From Basidiobolus meristosporus CBS 931.73 (Eukaryota > Fungi > Basidiobolomycota), in contig MCFE01000696.1 in the NCBI GenBank assembly GCA_002104905.1, positions 1-44,390 of the forward strand: 44,390 bases of DNA. The letters are read 5' to 3'. The position numbers were made by a program, and so were the translations under genes. Under the pieces are notes generated by a model. It was not told the origin of the DNA, did not search any database, and saw nothing but the letters and a program-made list of their open reading frames with translations. Positions 1-9,948 of the stretch are shown piece by piece (position 1 is the stretch's first letter; each line of letters begins with the position of its first letter).

Positions 1-3000
1 CGATGGCTTGGCTTCGAGAGAAAACTCACCGAAAACTCCAATGGCACCGACTCATAGTTATAAACCACGAAGCTTCTCGTTGTGTATTCGGTATAGTAAA
101 ACAGATTGCTGAAATGGATGACGCTCTGTCGAGTCTCCAAACCGTTCACAAATACATCGAAGACGCGGTTCTCATGAGGGGCACCCTGGGCACGACGCAC
201 ATTGTGCTTGGCTACCACCTGAACAAAAGTTAAGAAACAAGATTCGATCTGACGTGCAAATGAGCCACTAACCTCCATGGTAATCCGAACAGTCTTGGTG
301 TCGGCGGGATTCAGCAAGTTCTCAATGACAAGATACGTGGAGTAGATGTTTCTGATGCCGGTCATGAAGTTCAATGTAATTGTATGTGTGTTGGCGTCGC
401 TTGTGGTTTCTAGAATCCCATCGGTCTGGCTGATAGCAATCCAGCTCTGATCTGCACTCGAGATGGTTTTGATTTTGTACGGCAGACGCTCGGACGAGAT
501 ATTCTCAATAGTCAGCTTCTTGGTGATGGTGTTGGAGCCTACATCTTGCTGGCCGAGATCCAAGAGATACTTCTTGGAGTGGTGGCTGGTTTCCACGCGC
601 TTACAGCCACGCAGATAGAACCTTGGAAGCGCACGGGCGGACGGGGATTCGACCATCGGCGCCACAGCGCATGTAGGGGAGGTCTCGGTTGACTTTTTGC
701 TATCATCGTTGCAGTTGCTCATGGAGGACTCTTCCTTGTTTTCATTGAAGCAGTTCTCGGACACGATCCCCACAAGGATAACCTCGGATTTCCCGGACAC
801 CGAGTCGAGGTCGTAGACCAAGATCTTCAGATCATCAGATATCCCCAAGAGCGGCGTCAGAAGCTGAATGGAGAGGTCCAGCTTCCCACCTGGTGCGACC
901 ACTCCACACATCTCATCATCCAACGGACTGATCTTGATCAGTTTCTGGATTGGCAACTCAGAGGGCGCTTCGATTTGGACTTTGAAGCGCAATGGGAGAA
1001 TCCCCATCAAATTACTGATAGAAACCACCTCTTCTTGGCTCTGATGCGAATTCAAGATCTCCTTGATAAGGTTCATGTGTCTGTTGGGCAGGTCGGTGGA
1101 TGAGGCCGGTCCGGCTGGATCAGGGTCTTCGCCTTCAGGGTTTCCTTCCTCGTTATCGGGGAATATAAAGGTTTTGAACTCGATGTGCTTATTGGACAAG
1201 CTGAAAGTTGGCCCTTCCACTATTGTTCCGCGAATGGGGATATGCTCGGCGATCGAAAGGGTGGTTGCGGCGGCGCTCTCCGGACGTAAGGTGGCAACCC
1301 AGATTCGCCCAAGCGACACACCATCTTGGTGGCTAAGGTGGGCGGTCAATCTATTTTTAAGCTCCGAGGTATCCAGCGAAAAGGCTCGGACTCGGACCTC
1401 AATCGATCCAAGGGGGCTCAAGGAAATTGCTCCGGTTAGTGGAGAGTTCGAAAAGCGGGATAGCACCTCGACTGTGATAAACTCCGATACAATCAGGTCC
1501 AAATCCACTCCAAGTTCAAACCTGACATCCTCCTCGCTCGAGTTGGTAATAGAAAACCAGGAATCACACGCAACAGCATCGGCTGGTGATGGGCACTGCA
1601 GAATGGGAAGAACCACTTGTCCACCAGTAAGACGGTCGAAGTTCAACTCAAACGAGGTAAGGGTTGCCTTCACGTTCAGCAGCATCTTGTTAGAGGGGTT
1701 GAATATATTGGACATCGCGACTACGAATTCCCGATGTCCGGACGAATAGTCTTGGATCCGTCTGGGTTTCAGGATGGCTTGGACCTGTTTCTTCTCGTAT
1801 GGCTTGAGAACAATGTGTTTGTCTTGAGAGAAGCAATAGGAATCGTACTCGGGTCCCCTTAAGATCTCGATCGGAGATGGGTTGGCGACACTGCAGTACA
1901 TCAGGCAGTCTGAGGTGTTGACCAGATCGAAGCTGAAATTGACGACCTTCCAAGAATCGACATAGCCGATCTTGCCGAGGTCAACAGTGGGTGAATTCAG
2001 CATTCCCTTTGACACGCATAGGTACGCCGAGATTTCACAGGCACCAACTACGGTATGATTCAGAATATTCTCGAAAACGAGGATCCCACGCACCTTCACT
2101 TTCTTCCCGTCCTTCAATTTCTGAAGCGCATCGGAGCTAAGCGTTTGTGGGTTGGGTGAGTTGACGAAAATCTGGACTTTCTGTCCCGGATCGACCCTGA
2201 ACGTGGGGCCGCACTTCGGGAACGTGGTTGCGGTTAACTGGTCAGGCTCGTCGTCAGAGTTTACGAGAAATCGTGATGAAAGGTCGATAGAGAGCTCCAG
2301 GTCACTGCGAGGAACGATATGCATTGCTTCGTTGGTTAGGCCATGGATCTCGAGACAATGAGAGTAAGACACCTTCTTCGTAAGAGTTGAGCCTGTTTCA
2401 ATCTTGAACGAGGATCGATCATCCTTCGGAGCTTCAGCCACTGAGTTACTCTCTTTAGGGTCGTCGATGGAAACATACACCGTCTTCCAATACAAGACAG
2501 TGAACTTTTCCACTTCATCCTCTCCACCGAAGGATTTTTTGTGATGCAACTGCCCCGGATGGCTGCTTTTGACATCTTTGAAAACCGTATCTGCGTCGGT
2601 GTTGGACGATTCGCTATGGCTATCAAGCATCGGGTATTTGATGTGTAATTGGCCGGGGTCGACAAAAAGACGGACCTCGACCTGAAGCACCTGGGCAGAA
2701 TTATTGACATTCACGATGTCGATGAAGTCTTTGAACAATCCATACTGGGTCCTGGTCACTCTAAACGTCACTGTTGTCTGGGATTTGACATGCAAATGCG
2801 AATCGTCATGCTCTTCGGTGCTTTCCTCATTCTCGAGCGTCTCGGGTTTGAGGGGTAGTCGGGCATCTAGGTTTCCTCTGGTTCGGTCAAAGACGACGCA
2901 GCCACTTGGGCACTCGAGACGGTATTCCGCGGGTAGGCGTGCGGTCAAATTCTTCAAAGTGAATGAGCCATAGAAAACTTCACCAAGGGTCTTGGTGGAG

Positions 3001-6000
3001 CCCAGGTTGATCACCTTGTGGGAAATGGCCAAGGAGGACTGGCCAATGAGCGAAGTAAATCTTACAGTCTGGGTGGCCAACAATAGTTTTGAGCTCTCCT
3101 TGTCTTTTGCATCGGTGAGCTCGAGCAGATCTGTGGGAAAATGTACCGGTATCTTGACGGAAAACTTCAGACCACCGATTAGTGTACGACAGTCGTCTGA
3201 GTCGTCTTTCTCTTCGGCGACCTCTGCTTCACTGGATTCACTACCCGAGCTTTTCTTGGAAAGTAGGTTAGGCTGTAGGGCGACCCAGACTGTACGCTTG
3301 GAATGCTTTGTAAGCAATAGATCATTAACCCCACCGCGTTCCCCCTTCTCATCCAAAAAGATGTGGACTTGTTGGGCGAGGTTACTTTGGCAAGTGATGT
3401 AGATATCCTCGTCGGATATGTTTTCCACTAGAAGTGGAGTGATCTGGGAGTATTTTCTCCCCGGATCAACATAGCAGTAGCCAAGATCAAGGATTTCCTG
3501 GCTTAAAGAGGGGAAGCAAAGGTACTGCGAACGGTGAACGAAGAATCGCACCTTTAACTGGTGCGATTCACCAGTAGCTACATTGCTGATGGTGAGGCAT
3601 TCCTCTCTTACGCCCAGGCCATAGCCAATGACCTTGAAATCGAATCTGCGTGTATCGTTGGCCTCGAGCGTAATGGAATCAGTATCAAGGCCAAGGAAAT
3701 GGCTATCGAGCTCGTTCTTGACCACGAGTACAAGTGGCTTATCTAATTGATTGCTAATGGTCACATAGCAATTAAGCTTCTGCCCGATCTCAACCTTGCC
3801 AACGTCAAGCATGAACAGATCCACGGAAAAGGTGGGAATTTGCTCTTGTCCAGGTATAGTGATACTATCGAATGGATTAGCAAGAGCGGTGGTTGGGGAT
3901 GAAAGCAAACTTCCCTCCTGCGATACTGCGGTACTGATCGGCCTAGAATCTAGCCAGAACTCGCTGATGTTGCTGGAGAAGGGCGCACCCGACAGGTCGC
4001 CTGCTTCCTCGTCAGGATTGGTATCGTTGTACTGGGAAGAGACCTTCACGTAGTTGTAATAATCCGAGCAAACAATCGATCGGAAGGTGATGTGCTTACA
4101 CACGTCGGTGTTTTTGTGCTCATGGACCAGCATTTGGCCAGAGATGACTTCCGAGGTCGAGGGGAGATCACTGTTGGTCTGGCGCCTTAGAGCATTACTA
4201 CGATAGGGCTTGAAATATACGGAAATGGTTTGGATGGATCTTGGAGCTACCGAAAAGATTATCGAGTTGATGGACTTTTTGCTCTTAGACTCTGAAGTCA
4301 CCAGGCTTGAGGCTCGCTCACTAGAAGATTGCTTATCCCCGTCAGCCTGGCTGGATTCATCTTTGCCGGCTGCGGATGCGTCATCAGGAGTTTTTCCCTT
4401 TGTAGAGGCCTTGGAGTCCGCGCTTGGGTCATCTCCAGGCTCCTCATCTGCCTCTGCACCCAGGGGGAGTGGCTCACCTCGCTTCAGCTTCTCGATCTTT
4501 GTCAGCAACTTCTTCACCTTGTCGTCCCTGCCTTTGCGCCGAGCGATTTTGATCTTCTGCTCCATGCTTTCGATTTGCTCCTCGACCTCCTGGCTAACCA
4601 AGCCGCTTCCTATCCATAGTCCGCCGGTGGCTTTACCCGACCTGTCGCCAGAGTCCTCGGCAACTTCGAATATGATCTCGCCGTGGAATGTTCCGAATTT
4701 GAGCTGATCAACATCGGCGTGGATCTCAAACAAACGCGCGTGCTTGTTCGTGTTGCTGATCACGATGCTTCGAACTTTCGATGATGCCTGGTCAATCAGA
4801 CAAGGTCCAAAATCGATGGATGACGACTGCAGAAAGAAATTGAATGGCTTCCGGATCTGAGCCTTGACGATCATGGTTTGATCGTTGGAGCGATCTTGGA
4901 CATTGCGCACTACGATCTTTTCGTAGAAACGTCCAGCAAGACTGGGCTCAAACACAAATTTCACTTCGCGCTTACCGTAGCCCCGGACCACACCGTACCT
5001 CCCATTTTCGAACCCAATATCTCCAGACGCAATCGAGCCCGACTTCCGGATTCCGAACAGCAACGGAGCCTCGCACCGATTCCTGATCACCATGGTCCGC
5101 TCTCTGCTCTCTCCCTTCTCGAACAAGCCGAAGTTGATGTTCTTCTGGCCGAGATCCATGATTGTTCGGCAGATGGAGGAGCGTACCGGGACTTCCCTAA
5201 CTGGTATCTGGGACGAATCGCCGTTGACAAGAGCGTCGAAATGCGGCTGATAGATCTCACGGTCGAACTCGACCAATTTCACAAACAATGTGGAATCATA
5301 CTTTCTAGGCACTCCTTGGATATTGGGTCTACCCTTGGGAGTGAACACCAGGATGATTTGCTTTTTGGAATTTGGTGGGATCTCGACGATGGGCGATTCG
5401 ACCAAAAGCCCGTTGTGCACTAAGCCATTCAAGTCTCGTCGTAGATCCATCTGGTTCTTGACGAACTTTTCCTCCAGAACGGGCCCTGGGAACAGCGGCG
5501 GCGCGATTGACAGGCTTTTCTCTAGGTCTTGTAGTATCGATGACACTGGGCGCTCCTGATGAGCCTCCTCGTTAGTAGATTGCTTGGCAGGCTGATTCGC
5601 CTCCTCATTCATTCCTGCCAAATGATCACTGCTGAGGCTGCGATGTGCATTCCAAATCTTGGTCGGAGGCTCGTTAACACTCGACAACTTGATCTCATCG
5701 AATAGTCGGATGCGTGGTTTGAACATGTCACCTTCGAAGACTTCATCTCGTAAATCTAGCCCTAGGCTGTTTAGCCCCATGGAAGATAACGCCGCGTTGG
5801 GCATCTTGGCGCTTTTTCTGCTAGTCGGAGAATCGGTGCCTGCTGCTGCTCGCTTAGCCCTAGGTGATTTGAGTTGAGATTCGCCAACGAATGGGGACGC
5901 CAAATCGAGATAATCTGCCCGGAGGTTGGCTGGCTCCCGATTTGATGTAGAGGCTGTTTTGAGGCGAACCGCTTTACTTGGAGCATCTTGAGGATTGCTG

Positions 6001-8612
6001 CTGGGCGGTGCCAATGAGCCGTTGTGGTGACTTTCTGAAGTATTTAGATTGGAGGTGGATGTAGTGGTGGATGTGGAGGAAGATGCTTTCTTTGCCACCC
6101 TGCGATCGCCTATTTCCTCTAGAAGCTTTTCCCGCCTTTCGCTGGTTGGTTTCATCCGCTTGGCTGCTCCATTGTTAGGAGTTTCCGATTGCAAGATGAC
6201 TGCTTTTGAGCTGGAGTGAAGGTCAGGCTCTTTCTTCTCTGTGTATATCACCAACTCGTTCGGCAACGATGAATACATCTCCAACGTCAATGGTTTACGA
6301 CTGATGTTCTCTACGAAGATGCATTTCACTTTGGGAGAGTTAATGATCATATCTCCAAAATCAAGGTAATGAGTGCCATTTGGAAGAAGTGTTCGGTAGA
6401 ATAACGAGTGGAAAGTGACCCCATTTTGATCTACGTGTACACTTTTCACTTGGACAAACTGATCATCATCTCTGTTCTGAAGGTTGACCACGTTCACCTG
6501 CTTTCTATAATCTGGATTCACCTTGCGAGGCTTGATATCAAGTTTGACTTCAACGGATTGTTTGGCTGGAATGGAAATGACATCTTGTAAACAACTCAGT
6601 ACTTTGGAAGTAAAGCGTAGCTGTACTTTCGCGGGAAGCTCTGACAAATTGACAATCTGGATCGGCACTGACTTCAGGATGCCAACATTCGTATCCCCGA
6701 AATTCACCTCTTTGGGCAGGATATCAACGAACGAAGTACAGCTTCGGGATTTACACTGGATGACCTTCCTTTCCGTTCCGAGCTTGGATTGCGTGCTAAC
6801 GGCCCCGGTGTTCATTGCAGAATACTGGAGGATAACTTTAAATGTACGCTTCGTTAGCTCGCCAGCCTTGAACTCTCTCATGGACTCGTCTTTCTTCGGC
6901 TTGTAAGAGACGACAACTGTTTTTTCTCGTCCCGAGCGAAGGATCAGCTCGTCTATATGAACTATTCCCTCACTCTCGCCACGAGAACCTTTGTTGAAGC
7001 TCTCTTTGGATGTAACACTATCTTCGTCGCACCCTTTCAACGAAGAGTGCCGTCTAGTGGTAGTGATTTCTGAGATGTCTGACTCGCTAATTTGGTCCAT
7101 GTCAACGGCTTTCAATGTAGGGGATAAAACAGGAGAGCCTGAGGTACTTGTGATCATCGACATTCGCCCAGAGGTAACCACCTCCCCATCGTAATTCCCG
7201 TTCAGCGAAGGGTCGCCTTCTTCGGGGATAGAGGATAGATTGCCTTCCCTCTTGCTGTGTGTTGCATCTTCCTCTACTACGATTGAAAATAGTACCTCGG
7301 CGTTCTCGGCAGAAAAATGGACCTCCAGAGGAGCATCGCCGACATTTTTCAAGGTGATCTTTTGCTGGGCCCATATACCGCCGTAACAATCCCCAAAATC
7401 AAGAACGTTTCCACTGCTCATGACTAGGGACTCCTCTTTGGCCACCGTTCCCACTTGGGCGTGCAATTTGATCGCCATCACATTGCTGGAATTGTTCTCG
7501 TTTTCCAATTGCAGCACGTAATTGTAATCGCCTGCTTCTTGTGGTTTGAAGGTGACTCGTATCCGGTAATACGAGTAAGCGGGCAATGGTTTCTCCTCGA
7601 TGGGCTCTCCGCTGTCGTAGTCGGTAAGAACCAAGCTCTCGTTTAGCTGGGTGTTCGAGAGCCCGAGCACGCTAAGAGACCAGGAGAGCGGAATCTCCGA
7701 CCGATTGGCGATGCTGAAATCTTTGAAATAGGTTTCCCCAGCGACACAGTCATCAAAATTAATCCCCGTCTCTCCGACATCACACCAAAGAACCGATTTA
7801 CATATCCGTGCGCGAAGACGTATGCTTTGAATATACTCCGCCTGGTGTGAGATCGGCTTCGAGCTGGTCGACCTGTTGCCAAATTCAGAGTCGAAATATG
7901 TGTCTTGCTCCAAGGTGGGCGAAATGGTAAGCTCTGGGCTGGTCGAAAGTGGAGTCTCCTTCGAGGCAGATGTCTGCTCAACACGATGGCCGATGAAAAA
8001 CAGGTGGCCTTGGACTTCATTGAAATCAAACGTTTGGTCATCCTCGGAAGATAGGGGGAATACGAGGGAATTTCCTAGATCGTTGGTAGAGTTTTCGGAG
8101 TGATTGGGAAGGTTGGTTGGAGGATCGCGAGTGGTATTTTGGGAATTTTTTATGCGACGTCTTAATGCCTTCTCCTCCGGAAGAAATACCAAGACAACTT
8201 CCTGGCTTTGCTCCGGACTTAAAGTTAGCTCGGAAACGTAATCAACGTAATTGAAGACCTCGTTGAACTGTGGGCAATACTGGCCAAGAAAATTAGAAGA
8301 ATTAGAAATAAAGTCTAACGGCAGTTCGGTCAAGGGTGGAGAATCCGCTTGAGCATCGGTATACTCCAGGTCAGGGAAGTTTTCGTTCTTCAGCTGAAAA
8401 GCAACCTGCGAACCGAGATTGGAACGAAGCTTCACTACAATAGTATTATCTGAGATGTTTTTGATAGCGAACCGGCGAAGTGTGTGAAGTCCATTAAGAT
8501 ACACATTTTCAAACATCAAGCGATTTGGAAGTCGAACCAATTCGAACAGGGGCGCATTTTGATGTGATGACTCAGATTCAAGAGTTTTGTCGTTGTCATC
8601 TCCACCAGACAT
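1..8612 (-). CDS. Giant multi-Ig (ASH/Hydin/PapD-like repeat) protein of unknown function, 3' end outside window
   Basis: ATG at 8612 (MSGGDDNDKTLESESSHQNAPLFELVRLPNRLMFENV...). My translation of this frame showed no stop down to 273 (8340 nt, 2780 codons); in-frame ATGs at 7100, 5780, 4565, 2324, 1076 and 278 confirm the frame. Putative intron 272-219 (GTTAGT...CAG, 54 nt), exon 218-30, donor GTGAGT at 29. Recurrent motifs INFDDC, LDFGDC, VNFGDT, LDFGDM, INFGLF, IDFGPC, LDVGKV, LDLGYC, INLGST, VDLGKI, LDLGQQ, each followed by beta-rich segments. Absent from the ORF track because the frame leaves the window without a stop. The domain call is motif-based. Confidence 0.85.
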   Translation of the reverse strand, partial: MSGGDDNDKTLESESSHQNAPLFELVRLPNRLMFENVYLNGLHTLRRFAIKNISDNTIVVKLRSNLGSQVAFQLKNENFPDLEYTDAQADSPPLTELPLDFISNSSNFLGQYCPQFNEVFNYVDYVSELTLSPEQSQEVVLVFLPEEKALRRRIKNSQNTTRDPPTNLPNHSENSTNDLGNSLVFPLSSEDDQTFDFNEVQGHLFFIGHRVEQTSASKETPLSTSPELTISPTLEQDTYFDSEFGNRSTSSKPISHQAEYIQSIRLRARICKSVLWCDVGETGINFDDCVAGETYFKDFSIANRSEIPLSWSLSVLGLSNTQLNESLVLTDYDSGEPIEEKPLPAYSYYRIRVTFKPQEAGDYNYVLQLENENNSSNVMAIKLHAQVGTVAKEESLVMSSGNVLDFGDCYGGIWAQQKITLKNVGDAPLEVHFSAENAEVLFSIVVEEDATHSKREGNLSSIPEEGDPSLNGNYDGEVVTSGRMSMITSTSGSPVLSPTLKAVDMDQISESDISEITTTRRHSSLKGCDEDSVTSKESFNKGSRGESEGIVHIDELILRSGREKTVVVSYKPKKDESMREFKAGELTKRTFKVILQYSAMNTGAVSTQSKLGTERKVIQCKSRSCTSFVDILPKEVNFGDTNVGILKSVPIQIVNLSELPAKVQLRFTSKVLSCLQDVISIPAKQSVEVKLDIKPRKVNPDYRKQVNVVNLQNRDDDQFVQVKSVHVDQNGVTFHSLFYRTLLPNGTHYLDFGDMIINSPKVKCIFVENISRKPLTLEMYSSLPNELVIYTEKKEPDLHSSSKAVILQSETPNNGAAKRMKPTSERREKLLEEIGDRRVAKKASSSTSTTTSTSNLNTSESHHNGSLAPPSSNPQDAPSKAVRLKTASTSNREPANLRADYLDLASPFVGESQLKSPRAKRAAAGTDSPTSRKSAKMPNAALSSMGLNSLGLDLRDEVFEGDMFKPRIRLFDEIKLSSVNEPPTKIWNAHRSLSSDHLAGMNEEANQPAKQSTNEEAHQERPVSSILQDLEKSLSIAPPLFPGPVLEEKFVKNQMDLRRDLNGLVHNGLLVESPIVEIPPNSKKQIILVFTPKGRPNIQGVPRKYDSTLFVKLVEFDREIYQPHFDALVNGDSSQIPVREVPVRSSICRTIMDLGQKNINFGLFEKGESRERTMVIRNRCEAPLLFGIRKSGSIASGDIGFENGRYGVVRGYGKREVKFVFEPSLAGRFYEKIVVRNVQDRSNDQTMIVKAQIRKPFNFFLQSSSIDFGPCLIDQASSKVRSIVISNTNKHARLFEIHADVDQLKFGTFHGEIIFEVAEDSGDRSGKATGGLWIGSGLVSQEVEEQIESMEQKIKIARRKGRDDKVKKLLTKIEKLKRGEPLPLGAEADEEPGDDPSADSKASTKGKTPDDASAAGKDESSQADGDKQSSSERASSLVTSESKSKKSINSIIFSVAPRSIQTISVYFKPYRSNALRRQTNSDLPSTSEVISGQMLVHEHKNTDVCKHITFRSIVCSDYYNYVKVSSQYNDTNPDEEAGDLSGAPFSSNISEFWLDSRPISTAVSQEGSLLSSPTTALANPFDSITIPGQEQIPTFSVDLFMLDVGKVEIGQKLNCYVTISNQLDKPLVLVVKNELDSHFLGLDTDSITLEANDTRRFDFKVIGYGLGVREECLTISNVATGESHQLKVRFFVHRSQYLCFPSLSQEILDLGYCYVDPGRKYSQITPLLVENISDEDIYITCQSNLAQQVHIFLDEKGERGGVNDLLLTKHSKRTVWVALQPNLLSKKSSGSESSEAEVAEEKDDSDDCRTLIGGLKFSVKIPVHFPTDLLELTDAKDKESSKLLLATQTVRFTSLIGQSSLAISHKVINLGSTKTLGEVFYGSFTLKNLTARLPAEYRLECPSGCVVFDRTRGNLDARLPLKPETLENEESTEEHDDSHLHVKSQTTVTFRVTRTQYGLFKDFIDIVNVNNSAQVLQVEVRLFVDPGQLHIKYPMLDSHSESSNTDADTVFKDVKSSHPGQLHHKKSFGGEDEVEKFTVLYWKTVYVSIDDPKESNSVAEAPKDDRSSFKIETGSTLTKKVSYSHCLEIHGLTNEAMHIVPRSDLELSIDLSSRFLVNSDDEPDQLTATTFPKCGPTFRVDPGQKVQIFVNSPNPQTLSSDALQKLKDGKKVKVRGILVFENILNHTVVGACEISAYLCVSKGMLNSPTVDLGKIGYVDSWKVVNFSFDLVNTSDCLMYCSVANPSPIEILRGPEYDSYCFSQDKHIVLKPYEKKQVQAILKPRRIQDYSSGHREFVVAMSNIFNPSNKMLLNVKATLTSFELNFDRLTGGQVVLPILQCPSPADAVACDSWFSITNSSEEDVRFELGVDLDLIVSEFITVEVLSRFSNSPLTGAISLSPLGSIEVRVRAFSLDTSELKNRLTAHLSHQDGVSLGRIWVATLRPESAAATTLSIAEHIPIRGTIVEGPTFSLSNKHIEFKTFIFPDNEEGNPEGEDPDPAGPASSTDLPNRHMNLIKEILNSHQSQEEVVSISNLMGILPLRFKVQIEAPSELPIQKLIKISPLDDEMCGVVAPGGKLDLSIQLLTPLLGISDDLKILVYDLDSVSGKSEVILVGIVSENCFNENKEESSMSNCNDDSKKSTETSPTCAVAPMVESPSARALPRFYLRGCKRVETSHHSKKYLLDLGQQDVGSNTITKKLTIENISSERLPYKIKTISSADQSWIAISQTDGILETTSDANTHTITLNFMTGIRNIYSTYLVIENLLNPADTKTVRITMEVSGSFARQIESCFLTFVQVVAKHNVRRAQGAPHENRVFDVFVNGLETRQSVIHFSNLFYYTEYTTRSFVVYNYESVPLEFSVSFLSKPSH

Positions 8613-9057
8613 CGTATTACTTGTCAAATGACAAATAGATGGTTTGTATAGGAGTGGTTGAGGCGAAACTAGGCTACTCACAGTATGCAAAAGTCCAGTT
8701 ATGTCAAACTCTGCCACGCCTTGAGAATGTGCAATAATACGCCAATGTTTGATTTGGCTGATTCTACCAATCCACTAATTCTAGCAGTCGGGCTTTCCGG
8801 TCGATTTGCGAAATTATCGCAAAAGATTTCCGAATCCCACTGGATTAGACAGATATGGTTGGTTGAGAAGTAGCGTGCATAGAATCAAGAGTATTCTTGA
8901 TAGGAACCATGGTCAATAAGATGATGATACTATTGGTGATCTAAGATGCTAATTGTATTATTTGGCAAGGCTCAGTGTTGAGAAACAAAAATTGAAAAAA
9001 ACCAAGTATATCTTTTACTGCGCTGCTTCTTCGCATAATCCATAAATTAGAGTCAAG

Positions 9058-9547
9058 ATGGAGGAAAATCTAAAGCAGGTGAGGAATAGATCCAAGGACT
9101 AGGCTAACGGGAATAACATGTGTTCGATATCTAACAGCTTCCCTGCGTAGATGCTCATTGGCATGCAAAACAAAATGATTGAGGATTCTCGTCAACTCAG
9201 CACCGTCAAAGCACAGATTCAAGCCAAGGAGCGTGAGAAGCGCCTCTCTGAATTGACATACAAAGAGGTATCACAGATCGGTGACAACATTCGTACATAC
9301 AAATCAGTTGGCAAAATGTAAGTCGCCCTTGTTACAAACGTCAGACTCTAAAACAAACGGTGAGCTAACGCAGTCGGGATTTAGGTTTTTGCAAGCCGAC
9401 AAATCCGTCTTGGAGAAGGAGATCAAAGGCCGCATTGACGTTTCTAACGAAGGAATCAAGGCACTCGAAAAGAAGGCCACCTATTTGGAGCGCAACATCA
9501 ATGAGATCAACGGCAATCTGAAGGATATTTTCAACCGCAGAAGCTAA
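9058..9547 (+). CDS. PFD1: Prefoldin subunit 1 (beta-type)
   Basis: Exons 9058-9078, 9151-9317, 9385-9547 with GT-AG introns. Spliced protein MEENLKQ-MLIGMQNKMIEDSRQLSTVKAQIQAKEREKRLSELTYKEV...RTYKSVGKM-FLQADK...LEKKATYLERNINE has the YKSVGKMF beta-hairpin between two coiled coils. Confidence 0.85.
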
Positions 9548-9948
9548 GCAGCGCACGTATCACACGTACAAATGCCTTCTCCACCATCGCCTATTTAATA
9601 GCCGGATTTAATACACATTCGATAAATCAGCCAGGTAGTGCAGTCAATGCAATCATTCTCAGAAAAAAAACTTGTTCAAGAGAAATAAATTCCAACAACC
9701 CCTCATAAGAAATTGTTTATCTACCATGAATCGCCCTGATTGGATCATCAAAGCAAAACATCGAATCAATGTGACTTCAATTTACAATGGGTGAAGATGA
9801 TTCGTAAATGAATCTGTTTATGTTGTTCGGTCGACGACAATAATACTCTTATAAGCCGCATGAATGAGCTCGGTCTCATAACCGCCCTTCTTCCCATACC
9901 TCTAGTATACTAACCCCCCACACATCTTTCTTCCACTATATAGACGTC

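Noticed and set aside
1063-8103. Many medium ORFs on the + strand (e.g. 1063-1749, 4210-4707, 4878-5423) and short minus-strand ORFs
   Set aside because: They are shadow or alternative frames of the giant minus-strand gene, with S/L-rich nonsense translations and no motifs. The same applies to antisense ORFs over TOP2, LYS4, GAL7 and RPS17.
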